Source of the DNA: Chloroflexota bacterium
Lineage (GTDB): Bacteria > Chloroflexota > Dehalococcoidia > SZUA-161 > SpSt-899
Direction: 5' to 3'
DNA: 64,000 nt
NCBI GenBank assembly: GCA_013203045.1
Contig: JABMQN010000275.1
Span: forward strand, 4,515-68,514
The notes under the pieces: generated by a model
What the model saw: only the letters and a program-made list of their open reading frames with translations
Databases searched by the model: none
Told to the model about the DNA's origin: nothing
Made by a program: the position numbers and the translations under genes
Part shown: in pieces, positions 36,901 to 47,042 of the stretch
Layout of the letters: each line of letters opens with the position of its first letter
Numbering within the stretch: position 1 is the stretch's first letter

Positions 36901-38906
36901 TACTGGCACAAGATCTAGCTTCCAACAAAACAGGGAATCTTGACGAAGATCAAATGGAATCGGCAGATATTATACATAAAAGCGGGCAGGATCTACTTAC
37001 ACTTATTAATGAGATTCTCGACCTTTCGAAGATTGAAGCTGGTAAGATGCCTGTAAATATTTGCCCTGTCCTCCTCCCTGATATAGCCAACAGTATCAAC
37101 ACCAACTTCAAGCATGTCATGGCAGGGAGAGGCGTAGAGCTAATAATAAATGTGGATGAGTCCATTCCCGAAACAATCGAGACAGATCAGCAAAGGTTGT
37201 TACAGATAATCAAGAACCTTATGTCCAATGCTATCAAGTTTACCGATACTGGCAGCATTACAGTCGATTTCTTCAAGCCTGCCGCTAACGCTAATCTCTC
37301 CAGAAGTGGGCTCGATCAACAGCAAACTATCGGTATTAGTGTTACCGATACCGGTGTTGGTATTCCAAAGGAGAAGCAAAAACCAATTTTCGAGGCTTTC
37401 CAACAGGCTGACGGGAGTACTTCACGACAATATGGCGGAACCGGATTGGGGCTGTCAATTTCCAGAGAGCTTGCCAGACTTCTCGGTGGAGAGATTCAAC
37501 TGGAAAGTGAAGAGAATAAAGGTTCTAAATTCACTATTTTTATCCCAGCAGAAATGATCGAACCGGACGAAGCTGATGAACCTTCCGATACGGTATCAGC
37601 TAAATCCACAGAACAACCGCAAACCACAGAATCAAATATGGCATCTGTAAAGATTGCTGAACCGGTAACCGAGAATGACGAGAGAAAATCCGCTCCCTCA
37701 ATTAAAGACGACCGTGATGTAATCGAGGGAAACAACCGGGTGATTCTGGTCATTGAAGATGACCTCAACTGGGCCAAAACTCTTTACAAGTTCTGTCATC
37801 AAAGGAATTTCAAATGCTTGCATGCAGGAGACGGAGAGACCGGATTACAGCTTGCTGAGCAATATCAACCCACTGCCATAGTTCTGGATATCAGGTTGCC
37901 CGGGCTGGATGGATGGGGTGTCCTTGAGTTGCTGAAAGATAATTCCAACACGCGCCATATTCCGGTGCACATGATGTCAGCATCTGAAGAATCCATTGAT
38001 GCTTATAAGAAAGGCGTTATCGGATTCCTGACAAAACCGATAGACAGCAACCAGCTTGATGACGCATTCACGAAGATCGAAGACGTCATTTCACGAGACG
38101 TGAAAGAGCTTTTGATAATTGAAAAAGATGCAAAACTCCGCAAGAACATCGCGAAGCTCATTGGTGACGATGATGTAAATACAACGGCTGTTGGTTCTGG
38201 TAAACAAGCGTTAGATGAATTACGATCAAAGACTTATGACTGTATGATTCTTGATCTGGCCCTCTCCGATATATCCGGTTTCGATGTACTCAAACAAATG
38301 AACGATTCCGAGGACATTTCGGCGCCACCAGTTGTGGTATACGCAGGAAGAGAACTCACACCGGATGAAGAACTTAAGTTACAGATGTACGCCGGGTCCA
38401 TAATGGTCAAAGGTGTCAAATCTGAAGATCGATTGCTGGACGAGACAGCCCTCTTCCTCCATAGGGTCATAGATGATTTACCCGCACCCAAGAAAGAAAT
38501 AATTACTCGCCTTCACGATAAAGACAGCATCTTCGAAGGCAAGAAAATCCTGCTGGTTGACGACGACATGCGCAACGTTTTTGCCCTCTCAAAGGTGATG
38601 GAAGGTGTAGGAATGGAGATAATAAAGGCTTCCAATGGGAAGAAGGCTCTGGAGGCTCTGGAAAAAGATGCGGATGTTGATTTGGTATTGATGGACATAA
38701 TGATGCCCGTCATGGATGGCTATGAAGCTATGCATCATATCAGGGACCAGGAGCGCTTTGCCGACTTGCCCATATTAGCATTAACTGCAAAAGCGATGGT
38801 CGATGACCGCGAGAAATGCATTGCTGCGGGTGCTAATGACTATATGCCAAAACCGGTAGATGTCGAAAGATTACTCTCACTTATTCGGGTGTGGTTATAC
38901 AAATAA
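33927..38906 (+). CDS. multisensor hybrid histidine kinase: TM-periplasmic sensor-TM-HAMP-PAS-HAMP-GAF-coiled coil-HisKA-HATPase-REC-REC-REC
   Basis: 1659 aa. Two TM segments flank a ~340-aa extracytoplasmic domain. It carries an H-box SHELRTPLN, an HATPase G-box [10 protein letters not shown], and three receiver domains. Its ATG overlaps the cheB stop. Confidence 0.85.
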   Translation: MKKPTIPQNPQSKFLSLRGKLTLLILLIGILPIIIIGFISYSSYGQSVTSAKKGISTSEQKLSDGFVGLNLQNIAHDTAKEVDEFFESTMADVIASAKYSLIVDATQESLGVAEEYGFSNVPKEDIQRVMVSAHNKAPNASADNYLALLDMDHPATEHILQMKSSSRYFIDLFFTDVLGYNASVTGPTERFVQSDEKWWKDAWNEGISIGDIEDIDEDESTEIWALSIAVRIDNEAGDPVGVMRAVLDIAAIQDIATTNAGKVESGQVLIVTENGSPLAETASEHDPKRIMNKGTWQSDNEVRKKVDSVFNASTRNGSELIEDSMIGFARSASADYYSEIEGFNGFSWAVIVEQPQEVAFALLASLNELENDLSNSQRATGMTILVVAIGMVLIGILIAFSVSRSITRPMNRLRSATEQFRMGNEDIVIDIDSKDEVGDLAKAFNRMLSERKLANEALRTERDYSTGIVERTPAVIVGIAPDGSVTFINPAGEEITGYNSEELIDKNWWQTFHPGDEYKQVKELFQVLHEGGDTHNYEMTLTAKDGEKHTCEWNIIERFDESGEIVEIIAFGNNITERKQSEEDLRKANEEINLILENVTSVSQAIVDGDFSKEIELTTEKPELGSALQEMIRILKGVVDQANTIAAGNYEMDIIPRSEMDELGIALQNMTQALREMKQVNYKQLWFAERQARLNDVMRGEQDIPDLARNLTGYLAKTLNAQMATLYVLNPEDNKLLLVGSYAFTHRKGNPGMFELGEGLVGQAALEKELIVFSNIPEDYIKIGSSLGDTIPRNIMVIPFLYDGNTTGVIELASVEEFSDDTIAFLNSVMESIAIAVNSAEARVKMQELLHYSQEQAEQLQFQEQELRTANEELTLKTEKLEASEKGLKSQREELQATNEELEEKTQKLQTSQTQLTAQQEQLQAANEELEEKTFSLEKQREEVFKKNEQLEIASQELELRAEDLRLASKYKSEFLANMSHELRTPLNSLLVLAQDLASNKTGNLDEDQMESADIIHKSGQDLLTLINEILDLSKIEAGKMPVNICPVLLPDIANSINTNFKHVMAGRGVELIINVDESIPETIETDQQRLLQIIKNLMSNAIKFTDTGSITVDFFKPAANANLSRSGLDQQQTIGISVTDTGVGIPKEKQKPIFEAFQQADGSTSRQYGGTGLGLSISRELARLLGGEIQLESEENKGSKFTIFIPAEMIEPDEADEPSDTVSAKSTEQPQTTESNMASVKIAEPVTENDERKSAPSIKDDRDVIEGNNRVILVIEDDLNWAKTLYKFCHQRNFKCLHAGDGETGLQLAEQYQPTAIVLDIRLPGLDGWGVLELLKDNSNTRHIPVHMMSASEESIDAYKKGVIGFLTKPIDSNQLDDAFTKIEDVISRDVKELLIIEKDAKLRKNIAKLIGDDDVNTTAVGSGKQALDELRSKTYDCMILDLALSDISGFDVLKQMNDSEDISAPPVVVYAGRELTPDEELKLQMYAGSIMVKGVKSEDRLLDETALFLHRVIDDLPAPKKEIITRLHDKDSIFEGKKILLVDDDMRNVFALSKVMEGVGMEIIKASNGKKALEALEKDADVDLVLMDIMMPVMDGYEAMHHIRDQERFADLPILALTAKAMVDDREKCIAAGANDYMPKPVDVERLLSLIRVWLYK

Positions 38907-38918
38907 AGGAGTGATGCC

Positions 38919-40172
38919 ATGAAGGTTAAACCAAAAATCCTCATTGTTGATGACAAGGGCGAAAACCTGGTCGCGCTTGAGAAAACCCTGGCCGATCTGA
39001 ATGTGGATTTCGTACGGGCCACGTCTGGCAACGATGCACTTGCAGTAACCCTCGAGCAGGAATTTGCCCTTGCCCTGGTTGATGTGCAAATGCCTGGCAT
39101 GGATGGTTTTGAAACAGTAGAGCTAATGCGCCAGGACAAAAAAACCAGGCATATACCTATCATCTTTATATCTGCTATTTATACTGAGGAATATCATAAG
39201 ATCAAAGGGATAGAAACCGGGGCAATCGATTTTATTACCAAACCTATTAATCCCAAGATTGTACTAGGTAAAGTTCGCATATTCCTTGAACTCCATGAAT
39301 ACAAAAGGTCCTTAGAGGAACAAAACAAGATCATCACCGCTTCCCACAAAGAACTTCAGATTGCCTTGGATGAACTGGGACTAATGCATGAAGAGTTGGT
39401 GAAAAGCCAGGAACAGCTCGTTCAATCCCAGAAATTGGCAGCCATCGGTCAGCTTGTCTCCGGTATTGCACACGAAATAAACAATCCATTGATGGCGATT
39501 TCCGGTAATGCACAACTGCTTTTAGAGGACGCTGAGGATGAGGATACACTTGAAAGCCTGGAAGTGATTCGTTGTGAAACCCAGCGTGCTACTGATATAG
39601 TGCAAAACCTGCTGGCTTTTGCACGATCACACAAATCTGATAGGGATCTCGTTTCCATTAATGAGGTTGTAGAGAACGCCGTCAAGTTATGTTCGAACAA
39701 ATCGAAAATCGACAACATTCAGATAGTATACGATTTCACCAGCGACATGCCAAATATAAATATTGATTCACTACAAATACAGCAAGTCTTTCTGAATTTG
39801 ATTAACAATGCGATTCAGGCAATGACAAAAACCAAAGATAGTGGCAAGCTCATAATCCGCACACAACAACCCTCAGAAGAAACGGTTCAAATATCTTTTG
39901 AGGATGATGGGCCTGGGATTCCCGCCGAAAACATTGATAGGGTATTTGAACCTTTCTTTACAACCAAGGACATCGGTGAGGGAACCGGGTTAGGGCTTAG
40001 TATTTGTTATGGTATCATCCAAAGTCACAATGGAAAAATCTATGCTGAAAGTACAGAATCCAACGGAGCAACCTTTAATATTGAACTTCCCATTATCGAT
40101 GATACTTCAAATAACCAGTCAGATATAGCAGTCTTGGAACCGGCAGGAGCAACTCAAGATACACAAGGATAG
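38919..40172 (+). CDS. receiver-domain histidine kinase (REC-HisKA-HATPase)
   Basis: N-terminal REC ([20 protein letters not shown]), H-box AHEINNPL, and HATPase GTGLGLS. Confidence 0.8.
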   Translation: MKVKPKILIVDDKGENLVALEKTLADLNVDFVRATSGNDALAVTLEQEFALALVDVQMPGMDGFETVELMRQDKKTRHIPIIFISAIYTEEYHKIKGIETGAIDFITKPINPKIVLGKVRIFLELHEYKRSLEEQNKIITASHKELQIALDELGLMHEELVKSQEQLVQSQKLAAIGQLVSGIAHEINNPLMAISGNAQLLLEDAEDEDTLESLEVIRCETQRATDIVQNLLAFARSHKSDRDLVSINEVVENAVKLCSNKSKIDNIQIVYDFTSDMPNINIDSLQIQQVFLNLINNAIQAMTKTKDSGKLIIRTQQPSEETVQISFEDDGPGIPAENIDRVFEPFFTTKDIGEGTGLGLSICYGIIQSHNGKIYAESTESNGATFNIELPIIDDTSNNQSDIAVLEPAGATQDTQG

Positions 40173-40187
40173 ATAGAGGAGTAAGAA

Positions 40188-41798
40188 ATGGATGCCAAAC
40201 CCAAGATGCTAATTGTTGATGATAGAGTCGAAAACCTGGTCGCTTTGGAAAAGACTTTGGGTGACCTCGATGTTGATTTCGTGCGCGCCCTTTCGGGCAA
40301 CGAAGCGTTAGCCCACACCTTGGAGCACGACTTCGCCATTGTGCTTTGTGACGTTCAAATGCCGGAAATGGATGGCTTTGAAACCGTCGAATTTATGCGT
40401 CAGGATAAGAAGACAAAACACCTGCCTGTAATTTTTGTTTCTGCAATATACACAGAAGATTTTCACATGGTAAAAGGGATAGAGACGGGTGCTGTCGACT
40501 TTATCACCAAACCTATCATTCCTGAAATTCTTCGTGGTAAAGTACAGGTATTTCTTGATCTTCACGCTAATAGGTTGTCACTTGAGGAAGAGATCAAACT
40601 CCGAACTGAAGCAGAACAGACGATTCAAGAGCAATATGACGATATCCAAATACACACACACGAACTGGAGGCAGCTAACCAGGAACTGCGTGAAACCCAG
40701 ACAAAACTTCTGGAACTCAATCAGGAAGTCCAGGAAAGCGAAGAGAGATACCGTGACCTGTTTGAAAACGCCAATGACCTGATTCAGAGCGTTGATGCAG
40801 AGGGTAACTTCGTATATGTGAATTCCGCCTGGCTCGAAGTTCTGGGATACGAAATGAAAGAGGTAGAGAATCTGAATTTCACTGATGTCGTGCCGGAAGA
40901 AGAATGGGCTCATTGCCAGGAACAATTCCAACAAATTCTGCAAGGCGAACGCTTGACGAATATGCAGACTATTTTCTTGACCAAGGATGGAAGACATATC
41001 TACGTTGAAGGTAATGCTGGGGCGAGATTCAAGAATGGGGAATTCGTAGCTAACAGAGGAATATTCAGAGATATCACTGAGCGTAAGATCGCAGAAGAGA
41101 AACAGCTTGAACTCGACCGTATGAAACAGGAGTTCATCTCCAATGTTTCCCATGAATTACGTACGCCCCTGCACTCCCTCAAAGGGTTTGTCAAACTATT
41201 GCTTGGCGGTAAAGTGACAGATTCGGAAACACAAAGCGAGTTCCTTAGCATTATCGAGAAAGAAAGCGACCGTCTTAGCGGTTTAATAGATGACTTGCTT
41301 GATATATCACGCCTCGAATCTGGGCGTTTTAAAGTTTACAAAGAACTGGTATCATTGGAGAATATAATTCGCGACGCTATCCAAAGGGTAGGAAGTCTGG
41401 CAAACGAACGGGGAATCACCATCACTGACGAAATCCAACCAGAATTGCCAGAGATAGAAGTAGACCAAAAACGCATAAGACAGGTTGTGACCAACCTGCT
41501 AAGCAATGCCATCAAGTATAATAATGAAAATGGTAGTATTACTGTACGGAGTGAGGTCACCGATAATGAGTTGCTCGTACAGGTTGCTGATGGTGGAATT
41601 GGGATAGCTGATGAGGATATCCCGAAGCTGTTCGAAAGGTTTTATCGGGTGGAAGCTTCTGATAGAATCGAGGGAACAGGTCTGGGGCTCCATATCAGCC
41701 AGCAAATCGTCGAAGCCCATTCCGGCAAAATATGGATAGAGAGCGAGTTGGGAGAAGGCAGTACTTTTAGTTTTGCTTTACCTTTGAATGAAAACTGA
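40188..41798 (+). CDS. receiver-domain PAS histidine kinase (REC-coiled coil-PAS-HisKA-HATPase), paralog of 38919
   Basis: The REC domain is ~70% identical to that of 38919. H-box SHELRTPLHSL. HATPase GTGLGLHIS. Confidence 0.8.
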   Translation: MDAKPKMLIVDDRVENLVALEKTLGDLDVDFVRALSGNEALAHTLEHDFAIVLCDVQMPEMDGFETVEFMRQDKKTKHLPVIFVSAIYTEDFHMVKGIETGAVDFITKPIIPEILRGKVQVFLDLHANRLSLEEEIKLRTEAEQTIQEQYDDIQIHTHELEAANQELRETQTKLLELNQEVQESEERYRDLFENANDLIQSVDAEGNFVYVNSAWLEVLGYEMKEVENLNFTDVVPEEEWAHCQEQFQQILQGERLTNMQTIFLTKDGRHIYVEGNAGARFKNGEFVANRGIFRDITERKIAEEKQLELDRMKQEFISNVSHELRTPLHSLKGFVKLLLGGKVTDSETQSEFLSIIEKESDRLSGLIDDLLDISRLESGRFKVYKELVSLENIIRDAIQRVGSLANERGITITDEIQPELPEIEVDQKRIRQVVTNLLSNAIKYNNENGSITVRSEVTDNELLVQVADGGIGIADEDIPKLFERFYRVEASDRIEGTGLGLHISQQIVEAHSGKIWIESELGEGSTFSFALPLNEN

Positions 41799-41822
41799 AT
41801 AAAATATCCTGGGGGGAGTTAT

Positions 41823-42206
41823 ATGAACGGTAAAATTCTAATTGTTGAAGACGATGCAAGTGCACTGAGATTGATAGAGTTTGCTTTGCAGCAAGAACGC
41901 TATGAAGTTATCGTTGCAACCAATGGATTGACCGGGCTCAAGAAAGCTCAAACCGAAAACCCGGACCTCGTCATTCTTGATCTAATGCTTCCAGGTTTGG
42001 ATGGTTTCGAGATCTGTAGTCGATTGAGAAAGGATCCTGAAACTGAGAAAGTACCAATCCTGATACTGTCTGCCAAGACTCACGAATCAGATGTAGCGAC
42101 AGCACGCGCAGTAGGAGCAGATGCCTATCTCACCAAGTCAGGAGACCCCTCAGAGATAGTAGCCCAGGTACAGACTCTGATATCACAAAAACCCCTCATA
42201 ATATAG
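41823..42206 (+). CDS. single-domain response regulator (CheY-like)
   Basis: 127-aa REC domain only (ILIVEDD..LDLMLPGLDG..K). Confidence 0.8.
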   Translation: MNGKILIVEDDASALRLIEFALQQERYEVIVATNGLTGLKKAQTENPDLVILDLMLPGLDGFEICSRLRKDPETEKVPILILSAKTHESDVATARAVGADAYLTKSGDPSEIVAQVQTLISQKPLII

Positions 42207-42212
42207 AATCTC

Positions 42213-42260
42213 ATCCAGATCGGTGACGCGATGATCCCAACATCATCACCGATCTGGTAT
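42213..42260. terminator. long hairpin between convergent genes (candidate bidirectional terminator)
   Basis: CCAGATCGGTGAcgcGATGATcccaacATCATCACCGATCTGG gives a ~18-bp stem. Confidence 0.4.
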
Positions 42261-42348
42261 CTACAAATGAAGTTAGGCAGTCACTTCTTCAACCCCATGT
42301 TTTCCCAGTACATACTTTTCGAGCAACCATAGTCACTGCCCTCGCCAT

Positions 42349-42795
42349 TCACCTGCCAGTCGAGCCATGCCCACCAGTATCCCGCTCTGTTTTCGAAAGT
42401 TCTGCAACTTCCTCAATCGTTAGGTCTGCAAGTTTGGTGACCACCAATTGAGCAATTCGATCACCGTGCTTGACTTCAAATGCTGAGTCTTCCCCAAATA
42501 GATACATGGTTACCATCACTTCGCCCCGATAATCACTATCGATAGTGCCGAACGTAATACCAACCCCTTTCGATGAAAGCCCAGACCTCGGCCGCACCTG
42601 GACATCATATCCTGATGGTATTTCAATAGCAATCCCGGTGCTAACCAGTGTTGGTTTCCTTTCGATCACTACCTGATCTTCCCCATCGATACAGGCATAT
42701 ACATCGAAACCACTGGCACCCTCGGAACTTCGCTGAGGCAACTTAGCAGCAGATTTGAGTTTTTTGATTTTGAGAACCGATGGTGTTTGTGTCAC
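42349..42795 (-). CDS. dut: dUTP diphosphatase
   Basis: Motif III GTIDSDYRGEV and the overall trimeric dUTPase pattern. 148 aa. Confidence 0.85.
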   Translation of the reverse strand: MTQTPSVLKIKKLKSAAKLPQRSSEGASGFDVYACIDGEDQVVIERKPTLVSTGIAIEIPSGYDVQVRPRSGLSSKGVGITFGTIDSDYRGEVMVTMYLFGEDSAFEVKHGDRIAQLVVTKLADLTIEEVAELSKTERDTGGHGSTGR

Positions 42796-43268
42796 CAGAA
42801 AACCTCCATTCCATACTCCATCCAGATTCTAGTAGGCTGTCACTCCTTAATTTTCAGGTGGGCGTTTTCCTCACAGGAATCCCGGGTAGCCGGGAGCATC
42901 CGCTATCGGTAGGTTGGAGCGGATGCTCCAACCTACCCAAACCAGGATGAGTATTCGGGTAGAATTGACCGATGTCGGTCAATTCTACCCGGTTCCAAAT
43001 GGCAGGACCACCAAGATTAATGTTGACAGTGTACTAGTATTACCGCCCCATCAGATTATTTTATCACACTGACCTTGAACCAGCGCATTAGTGAACAGTC
43101 TGTCGTGGTCATCCATACCGAGATATAAATCGTATGCTGAAAAACGATTTATATGCTATACTAATGGGCAAATCAAGCTAATAAACGAAATTCGGAAAAT
43201 ATATTTCGTCGCGTTTTACCTATAGATTTCGCTATGCATTACTCATCAGGTTTAATAGCATCTCTTTG

Positions 43269-45001
43269 ATGAAAATGTTCGATATCCCATTGGGGGTAAT
43301 TATCTGATAGAGATCAAACCCTGGCTGAAACACTACGATGAGGGAGTACCACACACTCTCGAACCATACCCAAAACATACGCTACTGGACGTTGTAAGTG
43401 AAACAGCACGCCAAAAACCAGACCACCCGGCTCTACTGTTCAAGGGCACGAGTCTCTCATACGCAGAACTTGAAAAGTTAAGTAATGCTTTCGCTGCTGC
43501 GCTGGCGGCCAAAGGGGTTAAGAAAGGCGACCGCGTTGCTTTGTTATTGGTAAACAGTCCGCAATCCCTCATTGCACAACTTGGTGCATGGAAGGCAGGG
43601 GCCATTGTCGCTCCAGTGAATCCACTTTACACTGAACCAGAGTTAGAGCACGCTTTGCAAGAGTGCGGTGCCGAAACCATTATAGTACTGACTCCGTTTT
43701 ATGAGAAAATTAAAACCATACAACCCCGTACCAACGTACGCCTCATCATCGCTACAAATATCAAAGAGTATTTGCCACCGTTTATGCGCATCCTGTTCAC
43801 ATTGTTCAAGGAAAAGAAAGAAGGTCACCGCATTACACTCCAGTCTGATGATTTATGGATGAAAGACATGATCCGCCAGTACAGCAATGCACATCGTCCG
43901 GAAGTGGTTGTAAGTCAAGATGATCCAGCATTACTCTTGTTTTCCGGGGGAACTACCGGAACTCCCAAAGCGGCTCTGGGTAGTCACCGGGCACTGCTGA
44001 TAAGTGGTATGCAAATCCATTCATGGCTGACCGGTACTCTTGAAAACTGGAAGGACACAATCATGTTGAACATGCCACTCTTTCATGTATATGGCAACGT
44101 CGGCGTATTATGTCCTTGTCTGGTCGGTCATAATACTATGACCCTGGTGCCTAATCCACGAGACCTCGATGATCTCATTAAGACCATCCGAAAAACTCGC
44201 CCTTCTCTTCTACCGGGAGTCCCAACGCTTTTTGCAGCCTTACTCAATCACCCCGAAGTTCAAGCTGGCAAGGTTGACTTCAAATCCATAAAAATATGCA
44301 TCTCAGGAGCTGCTTCGTTGCATACTGAAACCAAGAATCGCTTTGAAAGTCTTACCGGCGGACGCCTGGTAAGGGGGTACGCACTTACTGAATCCATGAT
44401 GGCGGCAGTCATCTCACCAGTTCGAGAGTCAAGCAAAGCTGACGCTGTAGGCTTACCCTTACCGGATGTCGAGATTCGCATAGCAGATTCAGATACCGGT
44501 GAAGGTAGTCTCCCACCTGGCGAAATTGGAGAGATACTGATTGCTGCTCCGCAGTTAATGATGGGATATTGGGAACGCCTCACTGAAACAGAAGAGATTC
44601 TTCGTGACGGATGGCTCTATACTGGAGATATTGGATATCTCGATGAGGATGGCTATCTCTTCATCGTTGATCGCAAGAAAGAAGTCATTAAACCAAGTGG
44701 TTTTCAGGTATGGCCCGTGGAAGTGGAAGAGGTCATCGCTTCACATCCCGCTGTAGCCGAAGTTGGGGTTGCTGGCGTACCCGATATGTATCAGGGAGAA
44801 GCGGTCAAGGCATGGGTAGTATTGTGTCAAGGGCACGAAGTCACAGTCGATGAGCTTCGAGACCACTGCCGTGCGAGACTGGTTGGATACAAGGTGCCCA
44901 AACACATGGAATTCCGGGATAGTCTGCCTAAGACTCTGGTTGGTAAGGTACTGCGGCGAGAACTAGCAGCAGAAGATGCAACTGAACAATGCAAAGAATA
45001 A
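43269..45001 (+). CDS. AMP-dependent acyl-CoA synthetase (long-chain-fatty-acid--CoA ligase family); N-terminus apparently frameshifted
   Basis: AMP-binding motifs (FSGGTTGTPK, GYALTE, YTGDIG, KPSGFQVW). The conserved N-terminus IEIKPWLKHYDEGVP is in frame 2 with no start codon. ATG 43269 (MKMFDIPLGV..) is in frame 3 and is joined across a G5 run at 43292..43296. Confidence 0.7.
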
Positions 45002-45201
45002 TTACTGGTCCTTACTGTATAACAGTAACACGTTTACACTGACATTTTGTTACCAGTTTTAGGGGAACCCTCAAACCGTTACACATGGAAAACGAATATG
45101 GTGAAGTCTAAATGGATAGTCTGAGATTGCCAAGAGGAAAAAGATGGTGATGAAGCTGGGGATGTTACTTGCATGCGAAGAAAATTCGGGCTCGGTATCA
45201 C

Positions 45202-45738
45202 CTAATCCTGGTCATAACCAACAACAAGCCCTTTTCTGTATTTCTCGATAACGTCTTCATACATCTGTGGCGTAACATCGTTTATCGTCTTTTCTTCATC
45301 TGAAAGTTCGCGAATCAGTTTGGCAGGGATTCCGGTTATCAGTGAATTCGGTGGAAATTTCTTATTATATGGAATAAAACTGTTTGCTCCCACAACACTG
45401 TATTCCCCGATTTCTACACCGGACATAATTGTGGCACTCATTCCCACCATTACATGGGTTGCAATCTTACATCCTCGAATGACAGCAGAATGACCAACTG
45501 TGACATTATCTGCAATTTCTACGGGAATCGTCCCGTCGCTGTGTATTACGGCGTTATCCTGAATGTTTGTATTCTTACCAATAACGATCTTTCCTTCGTC
45601 TCCCCTGATGACTGCGTTGAACCAAACGCTTGCCCCCTCGTGAATATCCACATCCCCATATATTCGAGCACCTTTTGCGATGAAAACAGAATCGTGAACG
45701 CGAGGCCTGAGAACAATATCATTTCTCTCGTTTTGCAT
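45202..45738 (-). CDS. gamma-carbonic-anhydrase-like hexapeptide-repeat protein (YrdA/PaaY family)
   Basis: Left-handed beta-helix hexapeptide repeats with His ligands (NIQDNAVIHSDG..GHSAVIRG). Confidence 0.75.
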   Translation of the reverse strand: MQNERNDIVLRPRVHDSVFIAKGARIYGDVDIHEGASVWFNAVIRGDEGKIVIGKNTNIQDNAVIHSDGTIPVEIADNVTVGHSAVIRGCKIATHVMVGMSATIMSGVEIGEYSVVGANSFIPYNKKFPPNSLITGIPAKLIRELSDEEKTINDVTPQMYEDVIEKYRKGLVVGYDQD

Positions 45739-45807
45739 AGTATTTCCTCCGCATGACAATCTGGGCAGTTGGAATGATTGACTCTTGTGTTTCGGGTTTA
45801 GTCTTAA

Positions 45808-46206
45808 TTATGTACTCTCGTCAGATGCATCGTTGGCTGAATGTTCTTCCTGATTCAGCAATGCTTCGAGACCAGCGAATGGTTTATAGGTGGAAACAGG
45901 CTTATTCTCTCCGCCTGGTTGGGGTCCGTACGATTCCGCATCCAAATATCGCAAGTGCTCATTCTCGTGGCAATAGAGGCATAATAATTCCCAGTTGCTG
46001 CCGTCACGGGGATTATTTTCATGGTCATGATCTATGTGATGGACTGTGAGTTCACGGAGCCTCTCACCTGTGAATTCGCGCCCGCACCGCGCACAGATCC
46101 GAGGGTACATCTTGAGCGCTCGCTCCCGATACGTTTTCTCTCTGCGCCGGACCTCGGCAAGAGCTTGGTCCAGGTTATCGGTTTCTCTGCGCTTCTTCGG
46201 TGACAT
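45808..46206 (-). CDS. yajD: YajD-like HNH nuclease family protein
   Basis: LKMYPRICARCGREFTGERLRELTVHHIDHDHENNPRDGSNWELLCLYCHENEH is near-colinear with E. coli YajD. Confidence 0.8.
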   Translation of the reverse strand: MSPKKRRETDNLDQALAEVRRREKTYRERALKMYPRICARCGREFTGERLRELTVHHIDHDHENNPRDGSNWELLCLYCHENEHLRYLDAESYGPQPGGENKPVSTYKPFAGLEALLNQEEHSANDASDEST

Positions 46207-46222
46207 CGGTGTACATCCAGCT

Positions 46223-46999
46223 TTACTTTCGTATTTTATTCATAATGTTAGTGAATCTTGTGTTACTTATGGGATGCTCTGCAATAATCTTTCCATCGTA
46301 CACAATACAGAAAACGCCAAACGCACAGGGACTGTTTTGGGCTTCCTTGTGATTCTTGAGACTGATTACATTGGGCTGTATTCCAAATTCGTTTTGAGCA
46401 GTTTTACTTATTTCATTGACGTTCTTTACGGTGTAAGGACATTGATCGGCTCGAATTATCGTCAGGCCTTTACTGTATTTGCTGAGACTCTTTTCCCAAT
46501 TTGATTTGAATTTGGGTGTAGGAGAACTTTCCTTGAACTTTTTTACCAGCAACTCAAAATCAGATGGCGCTGAATCGACAACTTCAAAACCGTGTTTAAT
46601 AAAGATGCCTTTATCTGCCATGAAAGAACTTTTACGTGTCACTACAGCGACTCCGTATGTCTGTTCTTTTTTAGCATCTTCCAGGCATTCATGGAGTAAC
46701 AGCGAACCGTAACCTTTGTTTTTGTAAACCCGTTTAAAACCGGAAAAAATGCAGTGGATGAACGTATATCCAGTTGCTTCCACCGGTCGCCAGCAGTATT
46801 TCCCAGGAATATACTCAATCATGCCCTGAGTTCCATCCGCTTCAGAATACAGGGTTTTGATTTTCAAGCCTTCAGAGAATCTGTTTCTTAGCCATTCAAC
46901 TTTTTCTGGAAATCCGGCGCGCTTGATGTTTTTATATCCACAAACACCGTATTCCAGGATATTATCCGCATTCATGTCAATTATCTTTATTTCAGGCAT
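46223..46999 (-). CDS. GNAT-family acetyltransferase with C-terminal YoaP-like domain
   Basis: GNAT core (RVYKNKGYGSLLL) and a C-terminal ~60 aa with a CPYT motif. Confidence 0.55.
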   Translation of the reverse strand: MPEIKIIDMNADNILEYGVCGYKNIKRAGFPEKVEWLRNRFSEGLKIKTLYSEADGTQGMIEYIPGKYCWRPVEATGYTFIHCIFSGFKRVYKNKGYGSLLLHECLEDAKKEQTYGVAVVTRKSSFMADKGIFIKHGFEVVDSAPSDFELLVKKFKESSPTPKFKSNWEKSLSKYSKGLTIIRADQCPYTVKNVNEISKTAQNEFGIQPNVISLKNHKEAQNSPCAFGVFCIVYDGKIIAEHPISNTRFTNIMNKIRK

Positions 47000-47042
47000 T
47001 ACTGCTTCCCACTATGTATTCATGGCCGCTTGTTTTAAGATG

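Noticed and set aside
40578-41153. 191-aa ORF antisense to the REC-PAS histidine kinase
   Set aside because: It is embedded in a strongly supported kinase gene. Its low-complexity F/L-rich translation is typical of the reverse frame of E/K-rich coiled-coil sequence.
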